IMG/VR virus record: IMGVR_UViG_3300041409_000599 | Span: 1 to 64,000 of that record | Source of the DNA: a virus | Direction: 5' to 3' (one strand) | Length of the DNA: 64,000 bases | Shown here: piece after piece, positions 46,713 through 56,294 of the stretch | Numbering within the stretch: position 1 is the stretch's first letter | Layout of the letters: the number at the start of each line of letters is the position of its first letter | Made by a program: the position numbers and the translations under genes | The notes under the pieces: model-generated | What the model was told of the DNA's origin: nothing | The model's input: the letters and a program-made list of their open reading frames with translations, nothing else | Databases searched by the model: none

Positions 46713-47176
46713 GCGTTCTGCACCGCCTTCAGGTAATCGCTGATCGTGATTCCAGTGTTGAGAACAACTTGTACGCAGCGATCATCCCAGAGTTCGATCA
46801 TGCCGAAGTCCTTGGTGCAGGTGATATCGAGAACGGCACCAAAATGCTTATCGCACCAGACCTGAATAAAAGACCTGGCGTTCATCGTTTCATTCCAACG
46901 CTTGAGCCATTCCTTGTGTTCGCTCTCAATACGTTCCAGTTCTGCGGGTGCACTAACTGCACCTTCGGCGAGCTTCTTATAGAGCCATGGCTGCGTTGGC
47001 TCCGGAGGGCAATACACTCTTGCCGTGAAAATCTTTACCGTCTTGCCTTCAGCCAGCCATCCCTTCACTCGTTCCACCATCGGCATGATTGGTTCGCCGA
47101 TGTGCTCCGGGCCTTTCCATCCCGCGTAATGCGCCAGCGTGCCGTCTAGGTCTACGCCGATCCAACCGTTGTGCAT
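46709..47176 (-). CDS. HAD-superfamily phosphatase-like protein
   Basis: VDLDGTLA, IFTAR, K, WDDR. Confidence 0.85.
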   Translation of the reverse strand: MHNGWIGVDLDGTLAHYAGWKGPEHIGEPIMPMVERVKGWLAEGKTVKIFTARVYCPPEPTQPWLYKKLAEGAVSAPAELERIESEHKEWLKRWNETMNARSFIQVWCDKHFGAVLDITCTKDFGMIELWDDRCVQVVLNTGITISDYLKAVQNA

Positions 47177-47191
47177 CTTTCCTCCAGAATT

Positions 47192-47220
47192 TCAGGGCCC
47201 ACCAATGCGGCAGACCCTGA
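47192..47220 (-). terminator. 12-bp hairpin after the capsid gene (terminator or mRNA stabiliser)
   Basis: TCAGGGTCTGCC-GCATT-GGTGGGCCCTGA; weak U-tract. Confidence 0.5.
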
Positions 47221-47260
47221 CAGGTTTTAGCTAATTGCTAATTGCTTCCTTGCTAATTGC

Positions 47261-48541
47261 TTAATTGTTCGTCGGTACTTTTCCGCCGGTGATCGCAGCC
47301 TGCGCCATCGGATTGTTCACGTACCACTGCTCGGCGCAGACCCAGTACATGACTTCCTGCACGGTCGGCGTGCCGGTCGTCGGATCCACCAGTTGGAAGA
47401 TCATCTGATTGCCGCGGTTCTTGAACCAGAATTGGCCCTGTCCCCACTTGATGGTGTTCCATGCTTCTTTGAGCAGCAGGTCCCAGCGCGTCTGGTCGGC
47501 GTGCTGGTTGATGTAAATCTTCCTGCCATTCAGGGTGAAGTCGGCAAACAGCGGATCGTACGTGCCCGCCTTTCCGCCATCCAGGGGCACATAGCTGTCA
47601 CCGAAGGCCATCTCTTCCACCGCCTGCAACTGTGACGGATGCGTGTGGTAGAACTGGTTTTTCAGGCCCTTCTTGCCCAGCCGCTGAATGATCTGGTTCT
47701 GCAAGATGCGGAACACAGGCTTGGTCACCTGCGCCGTATTCGACAGATTCAGACCGTTCGCCACCACGTAAGGCAATGCGCGGCTGATGCCGTACAGGTT
47801 GCCCGCCGTCGAGGTGCTGACGAAGACCGGGATGCCGTTCACAAACTGCGGTCCGCCCGGAGTTGCGCCGCCAACGATGATCAAATCGCCGGCCACCGTG
47901 CCCGGAGGAATCGCGTCCACTTGGAACTGCTGTGTGCCGCCCAGCGCCTTGAAGACGTTCTGGATGGTGCAGCTTCCACGCAGCACGTACGCCGGTGACA
48001 TGACCTGAACGGTCTGCTGTTCCTGTCCCAGATGCGCGCCGCGGCCATCGATTGTGCTCGTGGTGGTCGAACGCAGGTTGATGAAGTTCGCGCCGGTGGT
48101 CGAATCCACCGAGCCGATCGAACCGTCACCAGGCGTCTGCAACCAGATATCGCGGCAGCGGATTGCCTCTTCCACGATGTCCGAGATGGTGTCGGTCACC
48201 GCGTTGTCCGTGGCAACGCCATCGCCTTCGCCCACCAGTTGCGCCAGTTGGCTGTACTGGATAGGCAGGGTCCACGCGACGGGAGTGAGCAACATCTGGT
48301 CGTACTTGTTGCCAACGCCGTTAGGCAGCGAGCCCTGGTCAAGGCCGATCTGTTGCGGGTTGGAAGCGATTGCGGTCTTCAGGCGCGCGCGGAACGAGCG
48401 CAGAGACACGCGGGTTGCTTTGCCGGCGCCGTTGCCGAGCAGGCGGGCCAGTTCACCATCGGTATCAACGGTGTTGGCAATGTTGGGGGCAAAGGCTTCC
48501 AGTTGCAACGGGAGAGCCTGTACTGCTGTTAGAGGCGGCAT
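47261..48541 (-). CDS. Major capsid protein
   Basis: 426 aa directly after the scaffold; strong SD; composition and C-terminal NNPMAQAAI motif typical of this capsid type. Confidence 0.8.
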   Translation of the reverse strand: MPPLTAVQALPLQLEAFAPNIANTVDTDGELARLLGNGAGKATRVSLRSFRARLKTAIASNPQQIGLDQGSLPNGVGNKYDQMLLTPVAWTLPIQYSQLAQLVGEGDGVATDNAVTDTISDIVEEAIRCRDIWLQTPGDGSIGSVDSTTGANFINLRSTTTSTIDGRGAHLGQEQQTVQVMSPAYVLRGSCTIQNVFKALGGTQQFQVDAIPPGTVAGDLIIVGGATPGGPQFVNGIPVFVSTSTAGNLYGISRALPYVVANGLNLSNTAQVTKPVFRILQNQIIQRLGKKGLKNQFYHTHPSQLQAVEEMAFGDSYVPLDGGKAGTYDPLFADFTLNGRKIYINQHADQTRWDLLLKEAWNTIKWGQGQFWFKNRGNQMIFQLVDPTTGTPTVQEVMYWVCAEQWYVNNPMAQAAITGGKVPTNN

Positions 48542-48565
48542 GAAACTTGTCTCCTGGGAAAGCGC

Positions 48566-50125
48566 TTACTTCCGTGCCGCGAACGCTCCGCTCCGCTTCA
48601 TCTGCTCTTTGATCAAGTGCTCGCGCGGCATCTCTTCGTTCGGGTGCGCCGCGGCCCATTCGGTGCGTATCTGGGCAATCAGCGCATTCGGATCGGTTAC
48701 AGGTGCCGGTTGTGCGGGTGTCGTAGAGCGAGTCTTCGGGTCGGTGTTCGAGGCGGCGGTTTGTGTGGTGCGCGTTTCCTGCCGGGTTTCCTGACGGGTG
48801 AGCGTGCCGCCCTTGGCTTCGCGGATAACTTGCGCCGCGATCGGGCCAAGGATCTGGTTCGTCCACTTCAGCAGATGCGCGAGATGTTCTTTCTCCCGCG
48901 TCTCGCCTGGTGCACGACTGAGGATCGAATCAAGAGCAGGTTGGTAATAATCCAGCTCTGCCAGCTTCTGATCAACAAGCTGGCCGATTTTCACCATTGC
49001 GGCGTTTTGCTCGAACTCCGTAAGTCCGGCGGTTTTGAATTTGGGTTGCAACTGGGCAACGATGGAGTCTTCAGCTTTCTTCTCCGCGCGCTCAATCGAC
49101 TGCGTATTTACTTCGGTCCTGCGCTTGATGTCGGCCTGCTGGTCGGATTTTTCTTTCTCCGACACGGCTTGCTCGCGCTGCTTGAGTGAATCCGCGAATG
49201 GCTTCAGTTCTTCCGGGACTTCCCCTAACGCCGGGGAGGACGGCGCGTTTACCTCCTCAAGGATGTCCAGGGCGGCTAAGAGCCGTTCGTTCTGGGTTGA
49301 CTCAGCTTTGGCCCTCAGCACAGAGAGCCGGTTATCGAAAATGTGATTGAAGGTGTTCAGTAACGCGGGATGAAACTTGTATTGGCCCTTCTCGTCGAGG
49401 ACCGGCTGGCCCTTGTCGTCGGTGTACATGGCCATCTGCGTCCACTTGTCCAGAAACTTTCCCGCGCCTTCTTTGGTCGTGGCGCCAAGGAACAGGTTGT
49501 CGGTGGACTGCCACGTCGCAGCGCCTTGTGCCATCACCTTCGCGGTTTCAACATCGGGAACAATCTGCCGGATCTCGCGGTTCTCCGCGTCTCTCCGCAG
49601 TGCGCCAAAGACCTGGCCCTTGAGTTCAGGGTTATCGTCAAAGAACTTTTTGGTGGCCGGGTCAGCCTCGATCGCTTTGGCGAATTCCTGCGGTCCCAGA
49701 CTTGTGCCATCGTCCAGTTCAGGGACTTCTGCGGCTGCGGCCGCTGCTGCCTGTTGTTCTTCCGGTGTCGGAGCGTTGGGAGCGGTCGGGTCTTGCTGCT
49801 CTGCCGCGGCGGCTGCTTCGGCAATCTGTTCCGCCGTCTGCGTTGCCGGCACTTCTGCCGGGACCTCAGCAGGCACTTCGGCTGGTGCTGCGCTGCCATT
49901 GCCTTCTTCCAGTGGCACGGAAGCCTTAGCTTCGTCCCATCCCGCGCGTAGCTTGTCCTGGATCGACAGTTCGCCAGAGGGATTACTTGCTGGCGTTGAC
50001 GCTGGTGTAGAAACTGGCGTAGGCGTAGCTGATGGAGTAGGCGCAGAACTCGCTGGCGCTGCCGGTGCGGGAGTGCTCGGAGCTGATGGGGCCGCTGGTG
50101 CGGACGGTGTGATGACTTCAGACAT
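48566..50125 (-). CDS. Scaffolding protein
   Basis: P/A/T-rich acidic N-terminus, coiled coils, basic C-terminus; between portal and capsid. Confidence 0.7.
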   Translation of the reverse strand: MSEVITPSAPAAPSAPSTPAPAAPASSAPTPSATPTPVSTPASTPASNPSGELSIQDKLRAGWDEAKASVPLEEGNGSAAPAEVPAEVPAEVPATQTAEQIAEAAAAAEQQDPTAPNAPTPEEQQAAAAAAAEVPELDDGTSLGPQEFAKAIEADPATKKFFDDNPELKGQVFGALRRDAENREIRQIVPDVETAKVMAQGAATWQSTDNLFLGATTKEGAGKFLDKWTQMAMYTDDKGQPVLDEKGQYKFHPALLNTFNHIFDNRLSVLRAKAESTQNERLLAALDILEEVNAPSSPALGEVPEELKPFADSLKQREQAVSEKEKSDQQADIKRRTEVNTQSIERAEKKAEDSIVAQLQPKFKTAGLTEFEQNAAMVKIGQLVDQKLAELDYYQPALDSILSRAPGETREKEHLAHLLKWTNQILGPIAAQVIREAKGGTLTRQETRQETRTTQTAASNTDPKTRSTTPAQPAPVTDPNALIAQIRTEWAAAHPNEEMPREHLIKEQMKRSGAFAARK

Positions 50126-50143
50126 GACGATTCGTTTCCTTCC

Positions 50144-50198
50144 TCGGCGCTCAGGCCGATTTGGCGGTGAAATAGAAAGGCCCAGCCGCTTAGGGCTG
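50144..50198 (-). promoter_or_regulatory. Tandem CUAAGC/CUGAGC-loop hairpins abutting the scaffold SD
   Basis: CAGCC-CTAAGC-GGCTG ... TCGGC-CTGAGC-GCCGA-GGAAGGA. Confidence 0.65.
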
Positions 50199-50231
50199 AG
50201 CCTCGATTACTGAATTCGGTAATTTGGTAAA

Positions 50232-50684
50232 TTAGTCGCCGTCGGTCGCGGGCGGCTTCTGCTCTTCCACCACTGGCGGATCGCCGGCAGCGTCAAGCTG
50301 CTCGGTCACGTCGGGCTCGGCATTGTGCTCTGCCACATGCTTGTCGAACTCCGGCCTTGGCTTCGCAATCAACCGGCCGCTGTCATCCTGCTTCTTCTGT
50401 TCAAAGGGATGGTCATTCGCTGGATGGTCCACTGGCAGCGCCAGGTGCTCTTCGCTCAGCCGCTTCCAGCAATTCAAGCTGTACTGCGGCAGCGCCGGAT
50501 TCGTCTCTTTCTTCGAATCGTCGCTCATGTGCGGAACGCCAAACTCGGTTTTGAGCGCATCGGTCTTGGGGTCAAAGTAGGCGACGTCCAGAACTTCAGG
50601 GTTGAGGTTGTTAACTCCGACCACCAGCGCAGCAAACACGACGCTGGCACGGTCGATATAAAGCACGACTGATCCTTTATTCAT
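50232..50684 (-). CDS. Hypothetical protein
   Basis: SD AAGGAG; GSVVLY...AALV...VPH...W. Confidence 0.65.
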   Translation of the reverse strand: MNKGSVVLYIDRASVVFAALVVGVNNLNPEVLDVAYFDPKTDALKTEFGVPHMSDDSKKETNPALPQYSLNCWKRLSEEHLALPVDHPANDHPFEQKKQDDSGRLIAKPRPEFDKHVAEHNAEPDVTEQLDAAGDPPVVEEQKPPATDGD

Positions 50685-50694
50685 AAATTTCTCC

Positions 50695-53088
50695 TTATGC
50701 CATCGCTGGCTGCGGTTGAGGTTGTCCTTGCGGCGGCGGCATTGCTCCCGGAGGCATTCCACCCGGTGCGACCATCTGCGCCTCTGCCATCTTTTCTTTT
50801 GCAAACTGAACGCACAACTTATAGAACGCCACCAGATTGTCTACGGCTGGCTGGTTGCCTTCGAGCTTGTCCCAGTGTTCCTGCGCCCACGCCGGAATGA
50901 TCTTCTGCCAGGCGTCCAGATCGTCGAGATACTTCTGCGGCATGACTGAAGGCAGAAGGAACGGCTCTCCCGTCTCTGGATCCGGCATCCCGGTATCGAT
51001 CGGCCCGGAACTTACAAGCTGCGCTATCACGCGCAGAGACTTGGACCGCATCGCCGCTCCCGGAGCTATCAGCCCCGGAACGCCCATGTACCGGATAAAC
51101 GTGTCGATGTTCTTGGGCTCGGCTGAGAACCAGTCCAGCAGCATCGAATCTTTCTGCGTAATCAGGTTCTCGAACCAGTCTTTGATTTCCGAGTATGTCA
51201 TCGGGAAACCCTGGTCGGCTTCCGGCTCGGCGTGTACTGAGCCCTTCATCTGGTCCAGATGGACATACTCGTTCCGCGCTTCTTTGGTTTCATCGGTGAC
51301 CACCTGAAACCAGTCTTCCGTCATGTTCTCTGCGGCGCAGGCAACGCCATTCTCGGCCGCTTCCGCGTGCTCGGTCTGCAGTCCTTTCCACATCAGGCCC
51401 AGCTTGTTCTTGGCGGTCGACAACTGCTGTCCTTGGCCGGTCGCAGTCTGAATGTTCGGATCGCCATTGCCGCCGAACAACTGCGGCGGCGTTCCCACCA
51501 GCAGCTCCATATCGTGCTTCAGGCTTTCCACGTACTGGAAAATCGCGTGGTCGATCTCCGTCTTGACCTGGAAGATTGCGTGCTGGATATCCGCCATCTG
51601 ATGTGCCGCCCTGAGCGCAATGCCATTCAAGACGCCTGGCCGCAGCACCTTGTTGTTCATGGCCTGCGTATCGATCATTCCCTCATTGGCCAGCAGGAAC
51701 CCGGCGCACAGCCGATCAAAGTACTCGTCTATCTTCGAATAGGCATCATTGATGCGTTCCTGAATCGGGACCGCAGGGTCACCCGCGGGCGCCGGATACA
51801 GGCCATAGCCTTTGGTTTCAGTGCCGCACCAGGTAAGTTCCTTGGTCAGTTTGGCTGGCTTGATGAACAGCGGCATCTCGCCGATCCATGCTAGCATGCA
51901 GCCCTTGGGAAAAAGCTCTTGCAGCCGCTCGCAGGTAGGCCGGTCGTCCATCTCCGCAAACGCCGTTACCTGAAACCATGTGCGATTGTAGGTAAGCTTC
52001 TCGTTTGAAGTAGTCCGCAGCCCGGAACCAGCACCCGCCGGCGAACTCAGCATGTCGCGCTGCTGACGGTCCATCGTCTCGCCCGACGCGCCCGATGTCA
52101 TTCCCGCTTCTAGCTTGTCCCAAAGCTTTGGGAAGATTGTCCGCGCCCAGCCCAGGGTTACATCGTCGGCAACATTGACCAGCGGAGAATCGTCAATCGT
52201 CGCCGCGTCCGGGTCGGCGTCAACGTTCATGGCGCCGTAGACCGTCTGGATCACCATGCCGTTCGCAACATCGTCTTTCTGTTGCGCAATCGGGATAGTG
52301 TCTACATGGTCTTCGTGGTAATTCTCCTGGCCCAGAGGCTGGCCGCACTGCGGGCATGCCAGCCCTTGCGGGTTCTGTACGATCTCATTCTCCGGCGTGG
52401 TGGCGCCGCAGTTGTAGCAGACAAACCGCGCCGGCAGCACGTCAGTGCGCGTAAGCTGCCAGACCGTTTCTTTGTGCGTTCCCGTGCGATCGGCATCCAC
52501 CACGTAGCGGTTGAACTTGAAATAGCAGCCGCCGGTGAACAGCTCCATCAGTTCCTGGCCGACCATCGTGTCGGCCTTGTTCGCCCGCTCGATGATGGTT
52601 TCCACCCGGGATCCTGCTTTTGCCGTTTCGCGGTCGGATTCGTCGTCGGCATTGGCCGGCATGAACCGCACCTTGGGAACCGAGAGCAGCGCAGAGCGGT
52701 AGGCCTTCTCTACCATCTGGTAGAAGTTATGCGGACGCCGGTCCATCGAGCGGTCTTCGCTGTCTTTGTTCTGGGAGCCGGCGAAGTTGTAATACTCGTC
52801 AAAGGCGTCGAACTGGTTCAGCGTTCCCGGCCACACCCCGGTGTAGTGGTTGCCTTTTAGCATCTCCTTGTTCTTGAGGACCTTGGCGCGGATGGCGCGC
52901 AGCTTCGGCTGCCAGCGGTCGCGGATGCGGTTGGAGAGCTCAATCAGTTTGGTCGCATCGCCCGGCTGCATGCCTTTATAAAGGGCATTGTCCTGGCCGG
53001 TGGAATTAGAGGGCGCGTCTTTGCTGGGTTCTTGGCTGGCCGGTGTGGGTGACTGCGGCTGCCGGAGATTAAAGCTCGAGGTTGCCAT
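50695..53088 (-). CDS. Portal protein (with zinc-ribbon insertion)
   Basis: 797 aa; PIQERIN, TATG, Q/P-rich C-tail; upstream of scaffold and capsid. Confidence 0.8.
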   Translation of the reverse strand: MATSSFNLRQPQSPTPASQEPSKDAPSNSTGQDNALYKGMQPGDATKLIELSNRIRDRWQPKLRAIRAKVLKNKEMLKGNHYTGVWPGTLNQFDAFDEYYNFAGSQNKDSEDRSMDRRPHNFYQMVEKAYRSALLSVPKVRFMPANADDESDRETAKAGSRVETIIERANKADTMVGQELMELFTGGCYFKFNRYVVDADRTGTHKETVWQLTRTDVLPARFVCYNCGATTPENEIVQNPQGLACPQCGQPLGQENYHEDHVDTIPIAQQKDDVANGMVIQTVYGAMNVDADPDAATIDDSPLVNVADDVTLGWARTIFPKLWDKLEAGMTSGASGETMDRQQRDMLSSPAGAGSGLRTTSNEKLTYNRTWFQVTAFAEMDDRPTCERLQELFPKGCMLAWIGEMPLFIKPAKLTKELTWCGTETKGYGLYPAPAGDPAVPIQERINDAYSKIDEYFDRLCAGFLLANEGMIDTQAMNNKVLRPGVLNGIALRAAHQMADIQHAIFQVKTEIDHAIFQYVESLKHDMELLVGTPPQLFGGNGDPNIQTATGQGQQLSTAKNKLGLMWKGLQTEHAEAAENGVACAAENMTEDWFQVVTDETKEARNEYVHLDQMKGSVHAEPEADQGFPMTYSEIKDWFENLITQKDSMLLDWFSAEPKNIDTFIRYMGVPGLIAPGAAMRSKSLRVIAQLVSSGPIDTGMPDPETGEPFLLPSVMPQKYLDDLDAWQKIIPAWAQEHWDKLEGNQPAVDNLVAFYKLCVQFAKEKMAEAQMVAPGGMPPGAMPPPQGQPQPQPAMA

Positions 53089-53227
53089 TATTTATTTGGG
53101 CCAGTAGGTTCGAGGAGCGTCAATCAGGTTCTGGACTGAGTCGATCAAGCAATTATCGGCAGGGCTATTGCCGTCAGCTTTCGCGTAATCCAAGTTCTGT
53201 TGCGCGGATTCAAGCAATCCATTGATT

Positions 53228-53647
53228 TCAGTATTTGCCGATGACCTGTCCGCGTGCCGTTTCAAAAATCTGCTGTACCGGATGCGCCGCTCGCGCTGCC
53301 TGCACCTGCTCTGACTGGCCTTCCTGCGCGAGCACATCCGCAAGCTGTGACGGCCGGTGCCGCTTCGTCCATGCAATCCGATCTTTGCGCCGCTGCTCTT
53401 CGTTCCGTATTTCCTGCTCGAATACCTGCTCCGGCGTCAGCGGGACTTCCGGCTCCGGCTTCACTTCCGGGATGGTGTCGAACACCTGCACTCCGAAGTT
53501 GGCCTTGTAAATCAGGTCATGCATGCGCCGGGTTTCGCGCTCGAGATCCGCGATGCGCTTGTCCCGCTGACCGAGCTGGGTATTCTTCTCGCGCAGCATG
53601 TCGTCGAATCGGGCTGCGGAGGTCCAGGGCCAGCGCAATGGCAACAC
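53228..53647 (-). CDS. Coiled-coil hypothetical protein
   Basis: Precedes the portal; start uncertain. Confidence 0.5.
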   Translation of the reverse strand: MLPLRWPWTSAARFDDMLREKNTQLGQRDKRIADLERETRRMHDLIYKANFGVQVFDTIPEVKPEPEVPLTPEQVFEQEIRNEEQRRKDRIAWTKRHRPSQLADVLAQEGQSEQVQAARAAHPVQQIFETARGQVIGKY

Positions 53648-54012
53648 TATTCGTCCTCTGTCACGTTCACGTTCGTTACGCCGGCCGCCTTGGATCTTGC
53701 CTTCAGATAGGTGGTAGCCGCAGAGGGCGCGGTTGCGCCGCCGATATTCTGGGCGGGCCATCCCAATATTGGCCCCTGGTTATTCCCCTGCCCCACGGAA
53801 TTGCCAAGGTCGATCTGCGGGGCTGGAGGACTGCCAGGAACACCCACAACGTATTGCTGGGTGAAGTTATCGTTGGGCAACAGGTACTGCAAGCCGACCG
53901 CTGCGGCAGCTTCGTCTTCACGCACCCGCACCCGCCGCGCCGGGATGGTTGAGACAATCGCCACCATGGCGCCGCCGCTACCGTTAAGAGCAATCTGTCG
54001 CTGTGCCGGCAT
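53647..54012 (-). CDS. Hypothetical (possibly structural) protein
   Basis: SD GGAGG; TAATG coupling. Confidence 0.6.
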   Translation of the reverse strand: MPAQRQIALNGSGGAMVAIVSTIPARRVRVREDEAAAAVGLQYLLPNDNFTQQYVVGVPGSPPAPQIDLGNSVGQGNNQGPILGWPAQNIGGATAPSAATTYLKARSKAAGVTNVNVTEDE

Positions 54013-54299
54013 TAGTTTGCCTCCAGAAACTTTTCCAGGTCATCTGCCCAGATGCAGTGGACTTCCGTTCCCGCCAGTCTTTCGTCGGGATGGTCGGCAG
54101 GATGCGAGCGATGGTTGCAACACATCACTTCCTTAAGTCCGCCCATCAGTTGGTTGAATTTCGCCTCGCCCAGCTTCGCCCGGACTTCCTCTGAGTCAAA
54201 GGCCAGGTGGAAGGCATCGCTGCCCTTGCTGGCCACGAACTCCAGTCCCAGCGCCAGCGAACGCGGAAAGCGGGACTCAAGGTATGGGTGATGAGCCAT
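54012..54299 (-). CDS. Hypothetical protein
   Basis: Coupled ORF. Confidence 0.6.
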   Translation of the reverse strand: MAHHPYLESRFPRSLALGLEFVASKGSDAFHLAFDSEEVRAKLGEAKFNQLMGGLKEVMCCNHRSHPADHPDERLAGTEVHCIWADDLEKFLEAN

Positions 54300-54481
54300 T
54301 ATTTCCCTCTGTCCGCCAGGCGCTGGCCGAAGCTGCGCCGCGGCTTCTGTTTGCTTGCGCGCTCCGGCAGGTCCTTGCCCTTGCTGGCCGCGTTGTATTC
54401 GTCCACGTCCACGCCCTGGTCTTCCATCTTGTCGCGATTGGCATTGAAGAATCGGCGCTGACTGTCAGATTTGTAAGGCAT
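54299..54481 (-). CDS. Small basic phage protein (MPYKS.SQRR family)
   Basis: MPYKSDSQRRFF...SKGKDLPE. Confidence 0.65.
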   Translation of the reverse strand: MPYKSDSQRRFFNANRDKMEDQGVDVDEYNAASKGKDLPERASKQKPRRSFGQRLADRGK

Positions 54482-54552
54482 ATCGACCGCTCTCTTTGGC
54501 TTTCGGTTGACGCCCTCTTTCTGCAAGGGCTGTGATGATTCAGCCGTCAGGC

Positions 54553-54960
54553 TCACTTCGTTGTCACCAGAAACTCTACGAACTGCGGATTGTCCTGAAT
54601 GAAGGCCAGCAGTTCGCCGGATCCCCAGTAAATTCCCGCGTGTCCGTCTTCGCCGTCGTCTTTGTCGCCTGAGTTGTTCCACTTCTGGTCTTGCTTGAAG
54701 CTGCCGTCACAAGCCAGCGCGTGCATGATTTCATGCAGCAAAGCCTTTGCCAGTTCCCGCCCTTGAATGTCCTTGCGAACATCCACGCGCTTGAAGGCGC
54801 AGAAGGTCACCGCGTCGTTCGTCGCATCGGCATCCACTACTCCGACATACCTGATGGTCCAGGCTTCCCCGTGTTTGGTGAATCCGTGCGGAAGGGTATC
54901 CACGGATCGCGCCCAGACACTCAGGAAAGCCAGGACTACCAGGCCGGCGACAACGCGCAT
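54553..54960 (-). CDS. Exported HExxH zinc-metallopeptidase-like protein
   Basis: Signal peptide; LLHEIMHAL. Confidence 0.7.
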   Translation of the reverse strand: MRVVAGLVVLAFLSVWARSVDTLPHGFTKHGEAWTIRYVGVVDADATNDAVTFCAFKRVDVRKDIQGRELAKALLHEIMHALACDGSFKQDQKWNNSGDKDDGEDGHAGIYWGSGELLAFIQDNPQFVEFLVTTK

Positions 54961-54963
54961 CTT

Positions 54964-55515
54964 CTAGAACCTCAGCACCAAACCGGCCGCGGCCCGGATG
55001 TTGCTCTCCGACCCGTGGAAGGCTTCGGTGTAGATGTAATCGACCTGCGGAAGCCGTATAGCCACGCGCTTACTCACCCCGATATCCAAGCCACCGCCCA
55101 GGGCATAGGCAAAACTGGAATCAGCCAGCGCTGTCAGATGAAAGCCTTTAAGCTTCTGCACTTCGTAGGCGCCACCCACCAGCGCGTGTGCAAACACCCG
55201 GCTCTGCTTGAACCGCCCGGACAACTCCGGCCCGCCCATAAAGAGGAATTGGTTCTGTGTGGCGTTGTGGGAGAAGTTCAGGTCGCTGGCCAATCCGAAC
55301 CAGCGATTAACGTTAACTGACAGTTCAGCCACGCCTCCAGGGATGTTGGCGCCGCTCTCCAATGCGCCCAGCGCGCCCTTGAAGCTGTGCGGCAGAGCGC
55401 CGTTGTGGGTAACGCTTGCGCCCAGGAAAACGTCGGCGCGGTTATCCTGCGCCACGGCGCTGCCGGCGATCATCAGGATCATGGCGATCATGCATACGAA
55501 TACGGTCTTCTTCAT
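54964..55515 (-). CDS. Outer-membrane beta-barrel protein
   Basis: Signal peptide, alternating beta strands, FAYALGGGLD, C-terminal Phe. Confidence 0.85.
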   Translation of the reverse strand: MKKTVFVCMIAMILMIAGSAVAQDNRADVFLGASVTHNGALPHSFKGALGALESGANIPGGVAELSVNVNRWFGLASDLNFSHNATQNQFLFMGGPELSGRFKQSRVFAHALVGGAYEVQKLKGFHLTALADSSFAYALGGGLDIGVSKRVAIRLPQVDYIYTEAFHGSESNIRAAAGLVLRF

Positions 55516-55539
55516 CGTGTTTTCTCCTTAGAAATAAGT

Positions 55540-55562
55540 TGGCCCCTCATCACAAGGGGCCA
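55540..55562 (-). terminator. Possible terminator hairpin
   Basis: TGGCCCCT/AGGGGCCA stem followed by ACTTATTTCT. Confidence 0.45.
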
Positions 55563-55593
55563 TGGAAATTTCACTTCGGGTTACGAGATGCCG

Positions 55594-55953
55594 TTAGCCG
55601 ACAGCGTTCGCCGTCGCGTCCGGTTGATCAGCAGCCTGGCCAACAGTATTGGCTGCGGCCGGCAAGCTGGGCTGGGGCGCTGGCGGGAACAACTGTCCCG
55701 CTACTTCGTCGATCGTCGCGCTGACCACCGGACGGAATAGATTGATCATGTCCGAAGTCCTCTGGTCTCCAACCACGCCAAAACCTGCGGCTGTTCCCAG
55801 AGCTGCGGCATTGAACAGTTCCTGCGCCGCGGCTTTCTTGGTCTGGCCGGTCTTCTTACCAAACAGCGTTTCAAGGCTGCGCATGAAGAACGGCAGAAGC
55901 TTCAGTCCAACTCCGACTGAGGTAACGATTGTTTGCTGCGATTGCTGAGACAT
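55594..55953 (-). CDS. Hypothetical lysis-region protein
   Basis: ETLFGKKTGQTKK motif seen in holin-associated proteins. Confidence 0.5.
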   Translation of the reverse strand: MSQQSQQTIVTSVGVGLKLLPFFMRSLETLFGKKTGQTKKAAAQELFNAAALGTAAGFGVVGDQRTSDMINLFRPVVSATIDEVAGQLFPPAPQPSLPAAANTVGQAADQPDATANAVG

Positions 55954-55985
55954 ATCCTGTGAATCTCCTTCTTGAATTGGTGGAA

Positions 55986-56294
55986 CTAAACTTTTGGGCT
56001 TTCCGCGACTCCGGCCGCGTGAACCTCATCCTTGGTGGGAGCGCGCAGGACCGCGAACGCGCCGACAATCAAATTCGATCCCTGCTCTTTCTGTCCGCAG
56101 CAGGTCAGCAGGACGCCACCGGCAAGGATAAGCACCATCCATACCGTGATAGAAACGCGGTTGACGGCATCGACCAACGGAGCGAGAAACGCCTGCTGTC
56201 TCAGCCGCAGGCCAAAGAAAAGCAGGAAGATGATCGTCAGGAAAACGCCCCAGATCACGTTGTGCAGCGCATTGATAGCTTGTACAAAGTTCAT
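55986..56294 (-). CDS. Holin-like membrane protein
   Basis: 2-3 TM segments near the endolysin. Confidence 0.5.
   Translation of the reverse strand: MNFVQAINALHNVIWGVFLTIIFLLFFGLRLRQQAFLAPLVDAVNRVSITVWMVLILAGGVLLTCCGQKEQGSNLIVGAFAVLRAPTKDEVHAAGVAESPKV

Noticed and set aside
47230-47267. CTAATTG heptamer repeats after the capsid stop (similar AT-rich repeats at ~50205-50232)
   Set aside because: Real but short, with no spacers and no supportable function
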